Source: a virus
Length of the DNA: 64,000 bases
Virus record (IMG/VR): IMGVR_UViG_3300048919_000265
Reading direction: 5' to 3' (one strand)
In this document: positions 1-10,501 of the stretch, piece by piece
Numbering within the stretch: the stretch's first letter is position 1
Layout: the number at the start of each line of letters is the position of its first letter
The notes under the pieces: generated by a model
Seen by the model: only the letters and a program-made list of their open reading frames with translations
Told to the model about the DNA's origin: nothing
Database searches by the model: none
Program-made: the position numbers and the translations under genes

Positions 1-410
1 AGAAGAATCACGATCCAAGCTGGAAAGTTCGGTGCAATTGCAGCTAACCAAGTGGTAGAAAACTTAACAAGCATACCCGGAATAATACTATAATCCATCA
101 AAATCAACCAACCCGCTAAAAATCCAATACTAGCATGCATAGCTCTTTGCACATAACTATAAGAAGAGCCTGCAACTGGAAACTCTGATGACATCCATTT
201 ATAACTAAGTGCAGTAAATAACATTGCACAACCACAAATCAAATAAACCAGTGTAGCATGACCTTGACTCAAAACCTGTGCAGAAGCCCAAACCTGCGTA
301 GGTGCAAAAGGAAACATACAAAGCAACCCAAACATAACTAGCATACCAACCGTCAAATCACGGGACAACTCCTGCTTATACCCGCTACCTACTACTACCT
401 TCTCTTCCAC
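1..410 (-). CDS. APC-family amino acid/polyamine permease, PuuP/PlaP-like (5' part; runs off the window edge, absent from ORF track)
   Basis: Manual translation from GTG at 410: MEEKVVVGSGYKQELSRDLTVGMLVMFGLLCMFPFAPTQVW...ALSYKWMSSEFPVAGSSYSYVQRAMHASIGFLAGWLILMDY. The FPxAGSxYxY..GFLAGW..LxDY pattern is typical of APC permeases. Confidence 0.85.
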   Translation of the reverse strand, partial: MEEKVVVGSGYKQELSRDLTVGMLVMFGLLCMFPFAPTQVWASAQVLSQGHATLVYLICGCAMLFTALSYKWMSSEFPVAGSSYSYVQRAMHASIGFLAGWLILMDYSIIPGMLVKFSTTWLAAIAPNFPAWIVIL

Positions 411-518
411 CTAAATCCCTCACTTTATTAGTTTTTATCTAGTTATTAACCCTTTTAATCCTTTTTAATCAAACCTCATGCATTTCCCCCTACTCCAGAA
501 TAAGCCATAAAACAACCA

Positions 519-953
519 TCAACCAAGAGTATTACGAGCATCCCTACTCAACTGAATCAACCCTATCGCCTTAATCAGAGCTAATTCATGTTTATTATTC
601 CAATCTTGCACGCTATTACAAATAAATTCCTTATCCTTCTTCTCTAGCCTAGTAGGTAAGGTTAATTCCTCATCCAAACGTCCATACTCTGATCCTACAG
701 TAAAGAAAAATTCCAAATCCTCTCCTCGAGACTTTGCTTTAGAAGAAGCGAGCGCAACTAACTTATTAGCAACTTCCCTATCCCAAGTGGCACAAATAGC
801 ACCACTAATTAATCCTAATGGCAGACTATGTAACCAAACAATATAAAGTATTCCAGAACGGATCTTGGAAACATCTATGCTATTCTCGGATGTAATATTG
901 CTAGTTTCATCTGATCCCTGTCCTGAATTAGTCTTAGTTATATAGGACTTCAT
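519..953 (-). CDS. hypothetical protein (144 aa)
   Basis: Open frame in the co-directional gene run; no motif recognised. Confidence 0.6.
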   Translation of the reverse strand: MKSYITKTNSGQGSDETSNITSENSIDVSKIRSGILYIVWLHSLPLGLISGAICATWDREVANKLVALASSKAKSRGEDLEFFFTVGSEYGRLDEELTLPTRLEKKDKEFICNSVQDWNNKHELALIKAIGLIQLSRDARNTLG

Positions 954-975
954 CAGTGCATCCTTTCAAAACTAG

Positions 976-1485
976 TTAGCGATTTGAGTACTTACGAATA
1001 AAATCAATCACCGTAAGATCTCTGTCAGCTCCAAATATAACTTTATCCATTTCAACCGCCAGTTTATTCTTAAGAGAATCATATATACTTCCTAGCATAC
1101 CACTTGGATCCTCTTCAAGCTGTTGATAATACGCAGACTTTAACATCTCAACGTCAGAAATTGCAGACTTGCTGCCAGCCTCAATTTCTGATAGTACACA
1201 CAAACTCTTACTTGTCTGTATGAAATAGGTGCCTGTGGTTTCGTCTTTCGAGATAGCGCAGGCCTCCGTAAAGATCACATTCATATTATGCATGGCTACT
1301 ATTACTTCTCCATCAGAAGTCGCAACAATGTTCTCCACTTCTTTGATGTTATCAGAGTACGCAAGAGAAATAAGAGTATTCTCATCCGAGATTCCTTTCT
1401 TAAACTCTTCAAATGTAACCTCTTTAATTTTCGGACTACCTTTAAATACAAGCCCCATCTTCTCAAAATTATTCATTTCTTTCAT
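976..1485 (-). CDS. hypothetical protein (169 aa)
   Basis: Strong SD GGAGGTG upstream of ATG; no motif recognised. Confidence 0.8.
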   Translation of the reverse strand: MKEMNNFEKMGLVFKGSPKIKEVTFEEFKKGISDENTLISLAYSDNIKEVENIVATSDGEVIVAMHNMNVIFTEACAISKDETTGTYFIQTSKSLCVLSEIEAGSKSAISDVEMLKSAYYQQLEEDPSGMLGSIYDSLKNKLAVEMDKVIFGADRDLTVIDFIRKYSNR

Positions 1486-1517
1486 AGTATCACCTCCCTA
1501 AGTTAATAACTCCATAA

Positions 1518-1539
1518 AGTGGAGAAACGTTTCTCCACT
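1518..1539. repeat. perfect 22-bp palindrome agtggagaaacgtttctccact (hairpin or operator)
   Basis: Read directly in the 1486-1638 intergenic region. Confidence 0.85.
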
Positions 1540-1638
1540 CAAGCAATAATTAACTTTTCTTTCTTCCCATCATAAAACTTATTACGCAAATAATTATGAG
1601 TGCCACAAACCCCAACTTATCTGATAAATTATCAAACA

Positions 1639-2004
1639 TTACACGACCGACAATCTAAGAAAGTTCATCAACACTGAACTATCCTTTAAGTTTAATTGTC
1701 TTCCATCCTCATGCCACAGCGTTATTTTATACCCTAAACTAGCCATTAACAATAAACTATCAAGGGTTAAGTTCAACAACCCTATCTGCTCAACCTCATC
1801 ATTCAATTCTACATAAAGAGGAACACTAGTCTCCGCAGGGGTTTCTCGTTCTTGTAAAAATAATATTTCCTCTTTAATGCTGACACCAGAAATAACTACA
1901 CTAGGTCTCAAGATTGGACGACTTTTATCAACCGTGACTTCGAGTTCATCCTCAAAAAGTACAATCTCTTCAACCTCTATTAGATTATCCATAAATATAA
2001 TCAC
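1639..2004 (-). CDS. hypothetical protein (likely start ATG 1992)
   Basis: ORF overlapping the upstream stop; SD-like AGGTG. Confidence 0.7.
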   Translation of the reverse strand: MIIFMDNLIEVEEIVLFEDELEVTVDKSRPILRPSVVISGVSIKEEILFLQERETPAETSVPLYVELNDEVEQIGLLNLTLDSLLLMASLGYKITLWHEDGRQLNLKDSSVLMNFLRLSVV

Positions 2005-2815
2005 CTGCTACGAGGAGTATATCTTCATTCCCAATAACAAATAAGTTTGCTCCGAAATTACTCAACAGCGTAGTAACATCACTCATCTCTGACTGTGTAA
2101 ATAGCAAAGTCCTATAATTAACTTTCTCATACTCGAACTCTTTAAACATGCTTCGTTTAACTACTTTGCCTTCCTTCAGATCTTTCATGACATTGTCAAT
2201 AAATTCATCAATCCGTTGTTGTGAATCTGAAGGCGACAACGGATAAAAATATCTAGAGCCATTAAGCTCGAAAACTCCATGTACTTTAGGTGTAACCCAA
2301 TTAGGTATATTGGTTATCTCAACTGGAACAATAGTAATTCCACATTGCTTCTGGTAATCATTAATAATTTCAGAAACGCGACCTGATGTGTCTTTAACTT
2401 CAATGCCTGGAAGAGGTTTAACTGTGCTCTTCTTGAGCTGCATTACCTTTATATCTTTTCCACTCTCGGCTTTAATGCCTAAGCTATCAAATAGATTACT
2501 AACTCTAAAATCATTAACCGCACTTGCCTTTTCAACCTTGATTACGAGTTCATCTCCCAAATAAGACACTGGTGTTTCAGAAACTACTTCTTTAACAACT
2601 GGAGGTTTAACCTCTTGTACAACAGGACTTGCTTTTTCTACTACAACTTCCTCTAATACCTCAGTTGAAGTATCTGCCTCACTAACCACTGCGGACCCGG
2701 GAATCTGATTACGCACAACTTCTAGTGCAGCACCTTCACTCTCGGGTTCTTTGGCAGTAGTAGCAGGAAAAGAACTCATTTCACTAAACATTCCTACGCG
2801 GTCGGACAAACTCAT
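1985..2815 (-). CDS. hypothetical protein with acidic E/V/P-rich N-terminal linker
   Basis: 276-aa ORF; GAGG SD; ATGA overlap with the upstream gene. Confidence 0.8.
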   Translation of the reverse strand: MSLSDRVGMFSEMSSFPATTAKEPESEGAALEVVRNQIPGSAVVSEADTSTEVLEEVVVEKASPVVQEVKPPVVKEVVSETPVSYLGDELVIKVEKASAVNDFRVSNLFDSLGIKAESGKDIKVMQLKKSTVKPLPGIEVKDTSGRVSEIINDYQKQCGITIVPVEITNIPNWVTPKVHGVFELNGSRYFYPLSPSDSQQRIDEFIDNVMKDLKEGKVVKRSMFKEFEYEKVNYRTLLFTQSEMSDVTTLLSNFGANLFVIGNEDILLVAGDYIYG

Positions 2816-3516
2816 AACGCATCCTCCTCAAAAAACTGCACATTCTTTGCAGCCCTCAAATCATTAAGTTCTACCATCTTTGACATGCGATCCCCCATAT
2901 ACTGCAGTGAAATCGTTCTTCCCCACGGAAAGAAAAACATCAAATATCGTAAGCCTTCAAAAACTCCACTAATTAATTCCGCACTCGTACGACTATACTG
3001 CTGCGCGTGAAGTATATTAACCTGTCTATTCATTTGAACAAACGCAAACCCCCGCACTACGTTCAACAACACATATGAAACTATTCCGTAAAATATTGTA
3101 TAAAAACTATAATTCATAGAAGCTGATTCGCCAAACACAGCATTGATCATAGGTGTGAATATTTCAATCCCCATCAGTGGGGTAAAACCAATAAAGATCA
3201 AAAGGGATGTAATGAGTCCACCCACCAATGTAATTAATCCCAAGACTGGAGTAAACATCGAGTACTCATTGTAAATTGGCAAGTACCGTGCCCACACACC
3301 GCTCGACTCCTCGTGCAATTCCAAATACAGCCTCTGTACTCGAGGCATCACATAAAATTGTTGCCCAAGAAACCAAGCAATTCCTATCCATAAAGGATTA
3401 ATATACTCATTAAATCCATATATAACAATCACAGAAATTAAAAACATCACAAAATAAAGTGCTACATAAATATTATTCTTATCTTTTTTATTCATGCCAC
3501 GAGATTTACTAGACAC
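2812..3516 (-). CDS. multi-pass membrane protein
   Basis: About 5 hydrophobic segments in 234 aa. Confidence 0.75.
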   Translation of the reverse strand: MSSKSRGMNKKDKNNIYVALYFVMFLISVIVIYGFNEYINPLWIGIAWFLGQQFYVMPRVQRLYLELHEESSGVWARYLPIYNEYSMFTPVLGLITLVGGLITSLLIFIGFTPLMGIEIFTPMINAVFGESASMNYSFYTIFYGIVSYVLLNVVRGFAFVQMNRQVNILHAQQYSRTSAELISGVFEGLRYLMFFFPWGRTISLQYMGDRMSKMVELNDLRAAKNVQFFEEDAL

Positions 3517-3518
3517 TA

Positions 3519-4712
3519 CTATTCAACCCCCTCAAAATAAAACATTACCTCATTAAAGAATCTTGTAACCGTCTTTTTATCTCCATCATGCCATAGACGC
3601 TTAATGGCAAAATTATAAGCCTTCTTTACTTTATCTGCCTCAAAATTCCGCATAGCCTGCATTACTTGCTGATACAGTTCTTCATTAAGTTCTTCATCAT
3701 CCTCCATAATTTTGACAAATTTATCTCCAAAAATCATTGCCGACATTGTCATAAAACTTTCTCTAAATTGAGGCATGATCTCTGTCAATCTTGTAAAAGC
3801 CTCTAATGCATCGGCCACTACAACCGCTTGTTCTGCATTATTATAATCCACCATATCTCCAACAAGGGGTATACTACTTTCGATAGATAGTTGCTTTTCT
3901 TCTACCTCAATAGAATTTTGCTCCTGGGTCTCTTCCGACTTATCCTCAGTAGATTCCTTTGCCTCTAATTTTATCTCCTCAATAGATGACTCCTGTTCGG
4001 TTACGCCTATGAGCTGTTCGTCCTCTGTTTCTTTTATGTTTGTCGAATCTGCAGTTACCTCTTCCCTACTTTCGCTAGGGGTTTGATTTCTCTCATCACC
4101 CACATTTGAAACATTATTGGTTTCTTCGAACTCTTTCAAATCGCTCTCACTAGTGGTTTCTTTCGTTTTAATATCTTCCTCAGCTATTACCATTTCTTCT
4201 GCGAGAATCTCAGGTCCTCCACTCTTATTAGCAACAAATGATGGTGCCATAAACACTTCTTCTTCCTCTGAGTCATCAATATCCCACAACGAAAGATCAC
4301 TCATAAGAGATGTAGAATCTGCACTGTCAGGAGATACAGTTTCTTCTTCAACTACTGTTGACTCTTCTGTACCTCCTCCTAGCCCAAATGCTTGTAAAAC
4401 CCCATCAACACTTCCGGCGTACTTAAACAACTCTGCCGTGAAAGTAGTTCCATTTTGTGAGGCCAACAATCCCACCACTTTATGTGGGATCTGCCTAAAC
4501 AAGTTCTCAAACTTATTAATCTCCGCAATATTCCCACTATCGGGAACATACTGCGCGCGCAAATCATCTTTATTAGCAACCGGGAAATACAGATAATAAC
4601 CGCTCAACTCTTCTACGGCTGAACCGCAATCCTCAATAAAAATATAATCCAAATCCTCATCTTTACTTTTGTGCAAAGTCAAAAACTTCTTTGCATACTC
4701 CACAATACCCAT
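3519..4712 (-). CDS. hypothetical protein with long acidic low-complexity centre
   Basis: 397-aa ORF with SD GGAGG; E/S/T-rich central tract. Confidence 0.8.
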   Translation of the reverse strand: MGIVEYAKKFLTLHKSKDEDLDYIFIEDCGSAVEELSGYYLYFPVANKDDLRAQYVPDSGNIAEINKFENLFRQIPHKVVGLLASQNGTTFTAELFKYAGSVDGVLQAFGLGGGTEESTVVEEETVSPDSADSTSLMSDLSLWDIDDSEEEEVFMAPSFVANKSGGPEILAEEMVIAEEDIKTKETTSESDLKEFEETNNVSNVGDERNQTPSESREEVTADSTNIKETEDEQLIGVTEQESSIEEIKLEAKESTEDKSEETQEQNSIEVEEKQLSIESSIPLVGDMVDYNNAEQAVVVADALEAFTRLTEIMPQFRESFMTMSAMIFGDKFVKIMEDDEELNEELYQQVMQAMRNFEADKVKKAYNFAIKRLWHDGDKKTVTRFFNEVMFYFEGVE

Positions 4713-4722
4713 AATTACCCTC

Positions 4723-5646
4723 CTAATGTTCAGAAAGCCGCAGCAACTGGATCAATCCTGTTAGAGTTGCACCCTTCTCCAACTCCCTTTTATATACGTT
4801 TGATAAGTACCATAATTTTTCATAAGACACCATTGAAAACGAATTAATTATTTTCTTTAATAAATACTCACTAATATTTTTCATTTCTGACTTATTAACC
4901 TCATAAAAATTCAGGTAATTCTCTAAAGATAAATTACCTTCCATTAATTTATCATACACATATAAATATGAGTCAAACCTCTTAACTATAAATTTAAATA
5001 TGAAATCAGCCCCGTAACGGTAATTCTCCAGCAAGGAAGCTATCTTAGCAGGAGTAGCAGACTTACTATTACCCCACCGGTCTGATTTTCTTTCCACCCC
5101 TATGATATAATCAAACAACGAATTGAAAGAAATATCAGCTGACTTCCTAGTGTACTTCTTAATACTATCCCTAGAAATATCATCTAGATTACGTAAGATT
5201 TCAACGCTCTCAGTCACCTGTGGTAAATAATAATTATGGCGTTTGGCTATATATTCGGCTATATCCCGAGACACAGAAAGTTCCCGCATAACATAAGAGA
5301 CAATCGTCTTGTTATCAGGATTTAGGTTATTTACAACGTTATGGACTATCCCATTAATTGTAAACAACCTAGACACCTCAGCCAACGCATCTGCACTACG
5401 AACAATTATGACATTTAAATTTTCAGGAATATCAAAATCCTTCATAATTTGCGGCGTATAGTCTCTTAAAAAGAACAAAATCAACCACCCTTCTTTTAAT
5501 AGAGGCGGTGATTTTGCAATCTTCTTAATATCGTGTATGTTATTACTATTCACTGAAATTTGGCTCGTTCTGGGAAATCTAGAGCGAACCTTGTCTATAA
5601 AACTACCAATAGGATAGTTATAATCCTCAGCTAATATAATATTCAA
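4723..5646 (-). CDS. DNA polymerase III delta (HolA)-like clamp-loader subunit, divergent
   Basis: 307 aa. AKSPPLLKEGWLILF resembles the HolA TxPF..exRLVIV segment. IAEYIAKRHNYYLPQVTESVEIL..ISRDSIKKYT..SFNSLFDYI follows the HolA lid/collar pattern. Confidence 0.5.
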   Translation of the reverse strand: MNIILAEDYNYPIGSFIDKVRSRFPRTSQISVNSNNIHDIKKIAKSPPLLKEGWLILFFLRDYTPQIMKDFDIPENLNVIIVRSADALAEVSRLFTINGIVHNVVNNLNPDNKTIVSYVMRELSVSRDIAEYIAKRHNYYLPQVTESVEILRNLDDISRDSIKKYTRKSADISFNSLFDYIIGVERKSDRWGNSKSATPAKIASLLENYRYGADFIFKFIVKRFDSYLYVYDKLMEGNLSLENYLNFYEVNKSEMKNISEYLLKKIINSFSMVSYEKLWYLSNVYKRELEKGATLTGLIQLLRLSEH

Positions 5647-8581
5647 TCACTTGCTCCCCAAACGTAGAAAAATATTTAAGACTTTCCTTAAAACCTTCGG
5701 GATCTTCTTTCAGCAAATCAACTAACGTATTCCCGCTCTCGTCCTCACCATTAGCTATATTGTTCATATCAACACTAGTGTAAATTAAATTATCCAATAT
5801 GAATCTATAACGATGATCCTCCAAAGTTGGTAACTTGGCTATCATCGCAGGATAACTGTCTTCAGTTGACACCGGTAACTTGACTAATCCTAACATATCA
5901 AACATGAATCGCTTACCAAAAAAGTACGAATAGTACACTACATCGTTCATCAGTACTTTGTTTTTGATGCGTTCCTTAGCTGCTCCACTACAGTACTTAA
6001 AATACTCGAACATTCCATAAATAGACAAGTAATAACCACTAACCTGCTTGAATTTCTCTCGATCTTTGTCCACAATCGAAATATTTTCCTCATACGTAGA
6101 ATTACGAAGCCTTTTGAGATAGTTACTAAAATTTTCACCATCCTCACGAGGTAAATAGTAATAAGGCTTCATAAAGCCATGCAACTCTTTACTGGCCTCT
6201 GTTATCTCCTCAAGACTGAACAGGTCTCCATAGTGATATCGATAATAATCCAGTGTATCACTACCTGTTGTTGTTTCTTTTAACTTATCAACAAATTCTT
6301 GACAATTCTTTCTCTCTTGCCTAAGCAATTCTTTAATACCTCTGAAACTATCTGATTTATGCTCAAATCCATCAGATAACTTAACAATCGCGTGAGCAAA
6401 ATTATAATAATCTAAACTCTCTACAGAGCTCTTCAAATCATAAACAGCAGATAACATTCTCATATCAGTAAAACTATAACTTAAAAAATCGGAGATCATA
6501 AATTTTGGTGAAGACTTTGATCCCAGTTCTTTATAGTTATTAGTATACTTACTAATCATTTCTCCTACTTGTTCTTGAGATGTTTTTGTTACCCGTTTTG
6601 ATTCCATTATTGATTTGTTTTTATACTCAAATATGCTCAAAGTCTTCCAAAAATCAGCTATGCTGTCAGATAGATAGTTTATTATCATCAAGATCGAAAC
6701 TTCGTCAATCCACGCACGTAGAGGCTCGCTCACTAACAATCCCTCTAGATCTTCTAAATCGGGACTGACTGTTTGCTTTATGTCAACAAATCTAAACAAA
6801 GTCTTGACAAACTCCAAACTTTCTATAGCTTGAACATAATTTCTCTCATCCTGCTCTAGCTTTTGTTCCAGTAACCTCAGCTCTTGATCAATCAATCCCT
6901 CGATTGCTTCCTTGGTCAGCGAATCAACTTCACCTTCGTACACAAATGAATCAAACTCCAAGCCAAGCTCTTTACACAAATTTTTATACACAAATTCTGC
7001 GTCGTAAGGATCTAATTCACCTTGTAGATATTCTCTATGCATAACTAGTGCCTGCTTCTTGTAAATATATTCCGTGTTCAGGCTATTCAATAGAGCTGGA
7101 TTATTCTTAAAATACAGAAGTAGAGAATTAACAGCTTGCGTTCTGAGAACTGAGAAATCTTCTCGCATCATATTACAATATAGAACCGCAACATCCCATA
7201 ACGTATCTCGCATGTCCACTTTATCATAAATGACCTTGCCTTCTTTCACACTGAATCCACCCTTATTGTCAATCATTCGAGAAGTAAGGCTTTGTACTGA
7301 TTTTAAAGTTTCCAAATACCAACGATACATTAACCCCGTACTATGTTCAGTGACTTCCTTAGGTTCTTCAACAACACTAGGTTCTTTTATGAAAACATCT
7401 GGTTTGACACTTGTCATCAAATCATTTTTAAATTCATAAGATATGACATTACCAAAGCTACTCAGCTTACGAGCACCCCTTCTCCAATCAACCATTAAAT
7501 TTTCATATCTCTTATTGAATTGATTATTAAGGCTTTGATGTTCCATAAAAGTGAAAATATTAAGGTGGCCACATGAAGAACAAACACACGCCAGTGGGAA
7601 CAAAGTTAAGTGTTCATTTCTGTTAAAGCTTCTCTCGCTAACTATAACTTTAAAGAAGCCTTTATCAGAAACATTAGTGTGGTCGCAATTCCCACACGCA
7701 AATTCTGTTTTATCCTTACCCGCCTTAACCCATTTAACATACGAGACAGTATCCAATCCAGCAAATTCTTTTAATGTTTCAAGTGCACTTGCACTACTCT
7801 CAACATATCTTTGAATAATGAATCTATTCATGCTACTTCGAATACTAGCAATAACTTCCGACTTTTCTAGATACAACCGATACCTTGCCATCACTTGTCT
7901 CACATAGGAAGACAATTCTAGTTGCTGCCTTTTATCTAGTCTAACGCTCGCAAGAAATACGTTAACTACTTGCTCCTCGGAGTCAAACCCTTCCACCAAG
8001 GTTAACAAGCGTGCTTGGTGTTCTGGTGTAAGAAATGGAAGCTCTCGAGAATCCATCACAGAATACAACATTTCTCTGCTATTGTTATCGTTATACGATA
8101 AATTACTATTTATCGATTCCTCCAGATATTGCAGCCTCATGGATGAAAAATCGATAAGACTATTTAAACTATCAGTAGGTGATATGTTTATACCTTCTCT
8201 AGTTCGAGAAACAGACTCTTCATTGGCAGGCATCTCCTCGTCTTCATCCAATAAAACTTCAATATCAGACATACCAGAAAAGAAATCATCTAAATCATCT
8301 TCTATTCTTTCTAATCCCGAGATTACTTCTTCATCGAAGAGCTCAATCAACTCTTCTTCCACGGATGGTTCATCTTCCTCAAGTTCGATTAAGGTCTCAT
8401 CGAACTCTTCCGCGGGACCTTCCTCATCCAGCAAAACTATCAATTCTTCGGGTTCTCTTTTATCTTCATCTAGTTCTATAAGCTCATCCTCAATTTCTTC
8501 TACTAGGTTTATCAACTCTTCTTGCCTATCTTCGTCTACAGAAGATAATGATTTGGCAGGGATTTCTCTTCCGTCACGCAT
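5627..8581 (-). CDS. large hypothetical protein with very acidic N-terminus and a putative zinc-binding motif
   Basis: 984 aa; D/E-rich first ~115 aa; CGNC...CVCSSC motif; SD GAGGTGG. Confidence 0.8.
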   Translation of the reverse strand: MRDGREIPAKSLSSVDEDRQEELINLVEEIEDELIELDEDKREPEELIVLLDEEGPAEEFDETLIELEEDEPSVEEELIELFDEEVISGLERIEDDLDDFFSGMSDIEVLLDEDEEMPANEESVSRTREGINISPTDSLNSLIDFSSMRLQYLEESINSNLSYNDNNSREMLYSVMDSRELPFLTPEHQARLLTLVEGFDSEEQVVNVFLASVRLDKRQQLELSSYVRQVMARYRLYLEKSEVIASIRSSMNRFIIQRYVESSASALETLKEFAGLDTVSYVKWVKAGKDKTEFACGNCDHTNVSDKGFFKVIVSERSFNRNEHLTLFPLACVCSSCGHLNIFTFMEHQSLNNQFNKRYENLMVDWRRGARKLSSFGNVISYEFKNDLMTSVKPDVFIKEPSVVEEPKEVTEHSTGLMYRWYLETLKSVQSLTSRMIDNKGGFSVKEGKVIYDKVDMRDTLWDVAVLYCNMMREDFSVLRTQAVNSLLLYFKNNPALLNSLNTEYIYKKQALVMHREYLQGELDPYDAEFVYKNLCKELGLEFDSFVYEGEVDSLTKEAIEGLIDQELRLLEQKLEQDERNYVQAIESLEFVKTLFRFVDIKQTVSPDLEDLEGLLVSEPLRAWIDEVSILMIINYLSDSIADFWKTLSIFEYKNKSIMESKRVTKTSQEQVGEMISKYTNNYKELGSKSSPKFMISDFLSYSFTDMRMLSAVYDLKSSVESLDYYNFAHAIVKLSDGFEHKSDSFRGIKELLRQERKNCQEFVDKLKETTTGSDTLDYYRYHYGDLFSLEEITEASKELHGFMKPYYYLPREDGENFSNYLKRLRNSTYEENISIVDKDREKFKQVSGYYLSIYGMFEYFKYCSGAAKERIKNKVLMNDVVYYSYFFGKRFMFDMLGLVKLPVSTEDSYPAMIAKLPTLEDHRYRFILDNLIYTSVDMNNIANGEDESGNTLVDLLKEDPEGFKESLKYFSTFGEQVIEYYIS

Positions 8582-9600
8582 GCTACCACCTCTTTCAAAT
8601 AAGCAATAAATTCATCAGCTGTGTATACAATTTTATGTGGTCTTTCTATAGCACTGACGTCCGTTCCGGCGGCTTTAGCTCTTTCCAAACGAATATTGTA
8701 ATAGTCTAAAGCCACCTGTTCTCTCGCTTTTGCAGTTTTGTATTTAGCGGTAGAAGAAGGATAATCCGCAAGTAAATAAGGGGTACTATTTATGGCAGTA
8801 TTCATCTCCACATCAAACAGTTGAATGCCGTTCGGAAGTTCGCCAATACTTTTGCATACTTCTATAAACTCACTTTTTGTCGCTCTTATACCTTCGACTG
8901 TGAGATTACCGGTAATACAAACAGTAATCTTCATTTTACCAGGAGCTCTTAATCTTTTAAACACATGATACTCCGCAAATCCAATATCCATTAGAAATTC
9001 ACCCAAATAAAAAGCTTTCATAGGATCATGCGCTCCGCGCAGACTCAAAAATGGGTGGATGCCACCAGCTTCCTTAATTCTTTCCACCAACTCTTTTGTT
9101 CCTGATATATTGGAAAACAAATTTAAGGCTGTGCTATCAAACTCCGGTATAGCCAATCTACTAACCATATCCGCAAATGTCATATATGTTCCACGGACCT
9201 TAGAAATTGCTTCTTTCAAATAAACAAAAGACATACCCCTCGTATCAGACACTAGGTGCTTATCCTCCATAGCTAGTACTTCAACGTGACTACCATAAGT
9301 CATGAAATTTTGGGCATACTTAATAACATTTCTACAAGCAGCCTCTCCTACATTCTTACAATTAAATCTAGTAATCATCTCGTGAAAAGATTTATAAACT
9401 TTTATATGGCACCTAGGATTACAACACATTAACCTTTTTCGATTTCTTGTTATAATCATATCCGATCCGCACTCACATCTATCTTGGAAATAATTAATAA
9501 ATGATTCTGGAATTATGCCACTCTCTTTTGCCTCCCTCACGGGAATAAAATCGAAAAACGCATTAAACGAATCTTTAGCTTTTAACTCCGAAAACTCCAT
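8536..9600 (-). CDS. NAD-dependent DNA ligase C-terminal half (C4 zinc finger, HhH, BRCT)
   Basis: CECGS...CCNPRC zinc finger; HhH-like KNVGEAAC and LAIPEFDSTA; BRCT-like VCITGNL...TPYLLADYPSSTAKYKTAK; own SD GGAGGT. Confidence 0.75.
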   Translation of the reverse strand: MEFSELKAKDSFNAFFDFIPVREAKESGIIPESFINYFQDRCECGSDMIITRNRKRLMCCNPRCHIKVYKSFHEMITRFNCKNVGEAACRNVIKYAQNFMTYGSHVEVLAMEDKHLVSDTRGMSFVYLKEAISKVRGTYMTFADMVSRLAIPEFDSTALNLFSNISGTKELVERIKEAGGIHPFLSLRGAHDPMKAFYLGEFLMDIGFAEYHVFKRLRAPGKMKITVCITGNLTVEGIRATKSEFIEVCKSIGELPNGIQLFDVEMNTAINSTPYLLADYPSSTAKYKTAKAREQVALDYYNIRLERAKAAGTDVSAIERPHKIVYTADEFIAYLKEVVACVTEEKSLPNHYLL

Positions 9601-9627
9601 AAATACCTCCTATGGATTTGTCAATAG

Positions 9628-10464
9628 TCAATTATTATTGGTGTCATTCATCTTAGCCTCTTCCAACACCTTTTTATAGTCATCCCTCACGGTGAACCCT
9701 GTTATTATCTCATATGGGTCTTTACTAGGATCAGCATTAGGAATCTTGGTAACCTCCACATCCACAACAGTAACCCCGACAGGATCAAGCTCTTTAAATA
9801 TTCTAAAAGGAACTTGCACCTTTGCTTTACGTCCTTTGTATGTAGCATCCAGCCAATACAATTCAATACCAGCGTCCGTTGTAGCCCTTTTCTTTTTATA
9901 ACTAATGAAATCAATAACAGTACTAATATTCTCAACATCATAATGTTCTGGAACCTTATTGCCATTCAAGTCCTTAGTATACGTATCCTTCTCAAGATTA
10001 GAATAATTTTTGATATATCTATCTTTAGATGGATCCGTTATGCCAGGTGTAACTTTACTATCAGGTTTAGTTAATTTAACTGCAGGTTCCTTTGGTTCTG
10101 TACTCTCCGCAGTTGTAGTAGAACCCCCATCTGGAGTAGCATTTAACCAAGGAGTATCACTACTAGCAGCTGGAGCCGTACTTGCATCTGTTTCTCCTGT
10201 AGTAGATGCAACTGTTCCTTCTTGGGTTTCAGTTTTAGTGGTTACTTCCTCTTTAGATGCAACTGACTTGCCCCCTTCCCGAGAGTACATTACTACTGCT
10301 ACAACTAATACACCAACCACTACTGTCATGACACATCCTATTATAACTTTCTGGAACTTTCCAGTGGGTTTCTTACGTTTAGATGTAAGCTCTCCTTCTG
10401 GTGCTGATCCTTCTTCATTTTTATTGCTTAACGTCTTTTTCCTTAAGTCCATGATTAAGTTCAA
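9628..10464 (-). CDS. single-pass membrane protein with T/S/A/P-rich linker and extracytoplasmic domain
   Basis: TM VIIGCVMTVVVGVLVVAVVMY after a basic stretch; 278 aa. Confidence 0.75.
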   Translation of the reverse strand: MNLIMDLRKKTLSNKNEEGSAPEGELTSKRKKPTGKFQKVIIGCVMTVVVGVLVVAVVMYSREGGKSVASKEEVTTKTETQEGTVASTTGETDASTAPAASSDTPWLNATPDGGSTTTAESTEPKEPAVKLTKPDSKVTPGITDPSKDRYIKNYSNLEKDTYTKDLNGNKVPEHYDVENISTVIDFISYKKKRATTDAGIELYWLDATYKGRKAKVQVPFRIFKELDPVGVTVVDVEVTKIPNADPSKDPYEIITGFTVRDDYKKVLEEAKMNDTNNN

Positions 10465-10501
10465 CTCCTCAGTACAATTAACTTCTTCCCTTTATTAGCA
10501 T

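Noticed and set aside
1622-1634. Fur/PerR-like box (tgataaattatca)
   Set aside because: A 6-1-6 palindrome, not the 7-1-7 Fur consensus, and no iron-related gene follows; kept only as part of the shared-motif finding.
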